From: Octopus sinensis
Taxonomy: Eukaryota
Assembly: GCF_006345805.1 (NCBI RefSeq)
Contig: NW_021835285.1
Location: 1-41,126, forward strand
Length of the DNA: 41,126 nucleotides
Reading direction: 5' to 3'
The notes beneath the pieces were generated by a model, which ran no database searches, was not told where the DNA came from, and worked only from the letters and a program-made list of their open reading frames with translations. Shown here piece by piece: positions 36,345-41,126 of the stretch. Each line of letters starts with the position of its first letter. Position 1 is the first letter of the stretch. The translations under genes and the position numbers were made by a program.

Positions 36345-37369
36345 TACCGAAGCGACTCGAAACATGCACTCAGTTTATGAGAAAAAATGCTCGAATGAAA
36401 GAACTTGCAGAAGATGGTTTGCAAAATTCAGAAGTGGAGATTTCAGCCTTGAAGGTGAAGATCGAACAGGACGTCCAGTTGAGTTTGATGATAAACTCCT
36501 TGAGGCATTACTTGTAGAAAATCCTGCATTATCAGTTGAAGAATTGGCAATAAAGCTTAGTTCAAACCATACAACTGTTCATCGTCATCTTCAACAACTT
36601 GGAAAGGTTCCTAAACTTGGAAAATGGGTGCCTCATGAATTGTCCGAATGCAACCGTAATCCCGAGTTGACATCTGCTCTTCTCTCCATTTTCGCGAACT
36701 CATCTCACCCTTTTTGGATAGACATGTGACTGGTGACGAAAAATGAATCTTCCATCGAAATGTTAAACGTCGTAAACAAATGGAAAAAGCTCAACTACAA
36801 CTGAGAAGGAAACTTCATGGAAAAAAGGTTCTTCTCTCTATGTGGTGGGATTTCAAAAGAGTAATTCACTTTGAATTGTTACCACCTAATGCAACAATCA
36901 ATGCTTAAATCTACTGTCAGCAATTAGAGCGTTTGAACCAAACTTTGAAGAAAAAAAGACCCGCTTTAGTGAATCAAAAAGGAGTGATGTTTCATGAGGA
37001 GAATGAGCGACCCCACACTGCAAAGATCACATTACAGAAGATCGACGGGCCTGGTTGGAAAAAAATTCCTCATCCACCTTATTCTTCCGACCTTGCTCCT
37101 TCAGGCCACCAATTGTTTCGTAGTTTACAGAATCATTTAGGGAACATATCTTTCGCAAGCCAGGCGTAAGTCGAACCTGACATTTCAGAGTTCTTCGCTT
37201 TGAAACCAAAAGAGTTTTACATTGATGGGATTAAAAAGCTTGTAAATAGATGGAAGGAAGTCATAGATGATCAAGGAAAGTATATTGATGATTAAATTTC
37301 AATTAAATATAACATTTGATCATTGTATTCTTTATTCAAAATTCGGACAGAACTTATGGGATGACCTGA
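36345..37369 (+). pseudogene. Decayed mariner transposon with 3' TIR (TIR related to 10388-11325)
   Basis: RTCRRWFAKFRSGDFSLE..GRP, GKWVPHEL, VTGDEK, WWDFK..HFELL, HEENERPHTA and HPPYSSDLAPS. TIR TTATGGGATGACCTGA|TA. Stops and frameshifts present. Confidence 0.93.
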
Positions 37370-37386
37370 TATATATATATACATAT

Positions 37387-37457
<71 letters not shown>

Positions 37458-37484
37458 TGTGGTATGTGTGTGTTGTGTGTTCTA

Positions 37485-37650
37485 GAGCATAACTTTAAAC
37501 TCCATCTGGTAGCTCGTTCTGGCTCGGGTGTTTCGGGGTTTTGAGGAGAGTGGAACCACATCTTAGCCATTTAGCCATTAGTGTTCCCAGGTTTACTCTG
37601 GGACGGAGTAGCAGCACATGTCAGGGTCCCAATTATGGGTCACCTAGCAT
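37485..37650 (+). repeat. Third diverged copy of the repeat at 13999-14224 / 21480-21663
   Basis: CATAACTTTAAACTCCATCTGGT..CCCAGGTTTACTCTGGGACGGAGTAGCAGCACATGTCAGGGTCCCAATTATGGGT. Confidence 0.5.
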
Positions 37651-38184
37651 TTGTGATGACAATCCATCTGAGCGCAGGAAAGCTAAAATACCCTTGGTTA
37701 GTGTCAGGGCGTACAGTAAAACCACCGGGACTTAGGACCTCTTAGTTGTTATCACCGCATCCTTCTAGGATACACTGGTGTAAAAGCTGCGTTTTCAAGT
37801 GGTTACTGGTCGTTTCCCTTCCGCCTGTCACTTGATGTTAATCACGGTGACTCACAGAACGACACTCATCTTGTACAAGCGTTTATCACTGTTAGCCATT
37901 TATGGTCAGATGTCTCTTTGTGATGACCTCATTTGTCATTCCGTTTGTTGAGAGTCCTATCACGATGGATGTGTGGTGACGAGGTGCAGAGTTAAGCCCG
38001 TTGCAAGCGCACAAGTAAGAACTGTCGGCTGTCACCCTATGCTTCCTTCAAACCGTGCAGATCTGCAAGGGTACTCAATAGCCGTCTGATAGGTCATGGA
38101 CGGAAAGTCAGAAATAGCATTGATTACGAGGGAGCAAAAGGAGGCGGCAACCATATGGAAAGTTGGACCAATCGCCATACGTGC

Positions 38185-38243
<59 letters not shown>

Positions 38244-39127
38244 CGTGCATGCGTGCATGTGCGTATACATAGATACATATGGTGATTGCTCCAACTTTCC
38301 ATATGGTGATGGTGGTGGTGGTGTCTGTCTGTCTCTCTCTCTCTCTCTTTCTCTCTCTGTTTATCTGTACATTTCTGCCCGCACTCATGTATGTGTTAGC
38401 TTGTTAACCAAAACAGGCTAAAGGACCTTCCAGCCGTGCCAAATCATCGGTGTCAAAACAGCAGCGCCCATTCGACTCATTTCATGCTTAAAGTCTTTAC
38501 CCTGGTTTAACACCAGCACCACCATTTTATCCGGACATTGGGTGTCTTTCAGCAGAGACCATTCAGTTCCAAGGATCATGACCCGGTCTCCGACCTCGGG
38601 TCTCAGAGCCAAGAACAAAAATAAGACGAGTCATAATTTCTTCTTCCCACTCCCAGCCCAACATTCTCAGCAACCCTTTAAAAAAAATCGGTTACGGGGA
38701 CAACCGCCTTTCCTTTCTCTGACAAAGACAAAACGAAGACAAAAATAAGAACAATCAGCAGAGTTAGAGTAGGTCAAATACTTATGGGATGTTGTTGGAG
38801 TAATGAAATACTAGCATGCTCGGTCTGTCTTCGTGTAAAATGTCAGTGAAGTAAAGAGTGATTGGTTTTCTTAACTTGTTATCGTGTCAGGAATCAAGAA
38901 AAAAAAGGCAAAAATTAGAACGAAGTCATTGTTTAGTTTTGACCTGTTCAAACATCAAGTTGTCCATTCATCGCAAAAGTATTTTCTTTGTGTGTGTGTG
39001 TATTCGCGTGTACACATATATATGTATGCATATCTGTGTATCTGTGCGTGTATGCATGAATGTGTATGTACGTATGTATGTATAGATATAATATATATAT
39101 ATATGTATTCATATGTTTATATATAAG

Positions 39128-39174
<47 letters not shown>

Positions 39175-39177
<3 letters not shown>

Positions 39178-39670
39178 CATTGGAGTCAACAAGAAAGTGT
39201 AAGGTTGGACATTTATTTTTTAATCACTACAATTGTTTCCACGCAACGTAGTTATCCAGGCGTGCAGGTAATTGATTAGGCAACTGTTTCCCTGCATTAT
39301 GAGGTGTAGTTGTGTTTCCTCAGGTGATATGTAAATATTGTCTCCGTAAGTTTAAAATCTTCCGCTTCAAGAACACCCTCTTTGTCTATCCTGGCCCGAA
39401 TTTAGCAGTAGTCACTGAGCTTATCCGGCTGTGTTGTTGCTGTGAGTTCGTTGGCAAACTGCTTTGAGTGTGTAGATGTAGTGGGATGGTGATTCTGGTA
39501 CTCTTAATGTGGTTGCCGTTATAAAGGAATTGGCATTATATTTCTTTGTACTGCTGATTTGTTGAATCTTAAGACCAGCGAAGGCCAATTGCATGTGTAA
39601 CCAACCATGAAAAACACAACAGATGCCCAAACGCAAACCTGGAAGTATATATAATATTACCACTGGATAG

Positions 39671-39672
<2 letters not shown>
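39175..39672 (-). mobile_element. About 500-bp non-coding hammerhead-bearing element within a (TG)n tract
   Basis: (TG)n on both sides. Contains the hammerhead at 39223-39328. No recognisable protein. Confidence 0.5.
39223..39328 (-). ncRNA. Type I hammerhead ribozyme with extended stem II
   Basis: AUCAC-CUGAGGA-A-ACACAAC...(UGCAGG/CCUGCA)...GUUGCGU-G-GAAA-CAAUUG-UA-GUGAU. Perfect 5-bp stem I, palindromic ACAAUUGU stem III, GUA cleavage triplet. Confidence 0.7.
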
Positions 39673-39707
<35 letters not shown>

Positions 39708-39715
39708 GTGTGTGT

Positions 39716-39754
<39 letters not shown>

Positions 39755-39867
39755 TGTGTGTATGTGTGTGTAGAAAAAACCTAGAGAGAGATATGTTGTG
39801 AAATTTGATTTAGTATTTCTAAATTGAATTTTTCCTGTAAGTTAGGAATAATATTCCCTCAAATAAT

Positions 39868-39933
<66 letters not shown>

Positions 39934-39939
39934 TCCTTT

Positions 39940-40145
39940 GTTTTTTACTTGTTTCAGTCATTTGATTGAAACCATGCTGGAGCACCGCCCTAAGTGGAAC
40001 AAATCGGCCCCAGGATTCTATTCTTTGCAAGCCTAGTACTTATTCTCTCGGTATCTTTTGCCAAACTGCTATGTTAAGGGGAGGTAAACACACCAACATC
40101 GGTTGTCAAGCGATGGTGAGGGAACAAACAGAGACACACACACAA
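39940..40145 (-). mobile_element. Family A SINE 3' half
   Basis: TTTTACTTGTTTCAGTCATTTGA..CCATGCTGGAGCACCGCC..CATCGGTTGTCAAGCGATG. Confidence 0.85.
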
Positions 40146-40153
40146 ATATATAC

Positions 40154-40186
<33 letters not shown>

Positions 40187-40531
40187 TGTATGTATGTATG
40201 TATGTATGTATGTATGCATGCATGTATGTATGTATGTATGTATGTGCATTGTACGGAAAAAATAAATAAATAGTTACCAGGGTAGCAAACATTTACACAA
40301 GTACCAAGGATGTAACAACCTACTAATAAAGGTAGAAATTCCAGGTTTTGGTGAAATGATTTTGAATGACCTAGATAAATAAATAAATAAATGGAGTTAA
40401 ACGCAGGTGTTAATTCAAAATTGTTTTATTATAAAAAATAATTTTGAATAACAACTGCGTTTAATTCCATTTATATATAAATAAATAGATATATATATAC
40501 ATACATACATTCATATACCTATATATAATAT

Positions 40532-40605
40532 ATAGAGAGAGAGAGACAGAGAGACAGAGAGACAGAGAGACAGAGACAGAGACAGACAGAGAGACAGAGA
40601 GACAG

Positions 40606-40680
<75 letters not shown>

Positions 40681-40691
40681 CAGACAGATAT

Positions 40692-40764
<73 letters not shown>

Positions 40765-40769
40765 CAGAC

Positions 40770-40849
<80 letters not shown>
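40532..40849. repeat. (GA)n/(GACAGA)n/(GATA)n microsatellite
   Basis: Directly visible. Confidence 0.95.
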
Positions 40850-40961
40850 TCAGATGAATATGGTACTTAAGTTGGGGCCCCAGAATTTAGTACGGTATTA
40901 TGCATGCAATTTCAAAGTAAGATGATTAAATCAAAATAAGCAACAAGGATATATAGAGGTA

Positions 40962-41050
40962 ATGCAGTACGATCGTTTCATGCAACTCCATTTAATTGAA
41001 CAATGCAACCATTACATCAATTTAAAATGCAGAGCAATCTTCAGCTGCAC
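40962..41050 (-). ncRNA. Type I hammerhead ribozyme with long stem II
   Basis: GUGCAG-CUGAAGA-U-UGC...(CAUUU/AAAUG, AUUGA/UCAAU)...GCA-U-GAAA-CGAUCG-UA-CUGCAU. 6-bp stem I, palindromic ACGAUCGU stem III, GUA triplet. Confidence 0.75.
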
Positions 41051-41126
41051 AAGATTGCTCTGCATTTTAAATTGATGTAATGATTTCATTGTTCAATTAA
41101 ATGGAGTTGCATGAAACGATCGTACT
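40966..41126. repeat. Near-perfect inverted repeat (76-bp arms, 9-nt loop), cut by the window edge
   Basis: 40966-41041 pairs with 41051-41126 with 2 mismatches. Confidence 0.95.

Noticed and set aside
36364-37169. Functional or domesticated (SETMAR-like) transposase
   Set aside because: Multiple stops and frameshifts, altered catalytic motif (HEENERPH), and no SET domain.
40295-40350. Possible decayed hammerhead (CCAAGGA...GGTAGAAA)
   Set aside because: Core and stems are too degenerate to support.

Overview
Repeat-saturated eukaryotic (animal) genomic DNA, most consistent with an octopus/cephalopod genome; this is inferred from the SINE families and extreme microsatellite load, not from a database hit. 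No intact long protein-coding gene is present, and nearly all ORFs in the track are translations of microsatellites. Recognisable content: three tRNA-derived SINE families in many copies, some nested with target-site duplications (TSDs); four decayed mariner transposons; a hAT-type and a Tigger/pogo-type MITE; RTE-clade and R4/Dong-like LINE fragments; two minisatellites. The most notable signal is four sequence-unrelated type I hammerhead ribozyme motifs (2210-2255 +, 15175-15209 -, 39223-39328 -, 40962-41050 -). Each has a palindromic stem III and sits in a short non-coding element next to microsatellites, two of them in fold-back structures, as expected for Penelope-like-element pseudo-LTRs or retrozyme-like elements. 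Also seen: a degenerate twister-like motif (22111-22217), and a candidate pair of terminal host exons (6076-6148, 6961-7022) that encode a GPI-anchor-type signal only if one A of a homopolymer is removed.
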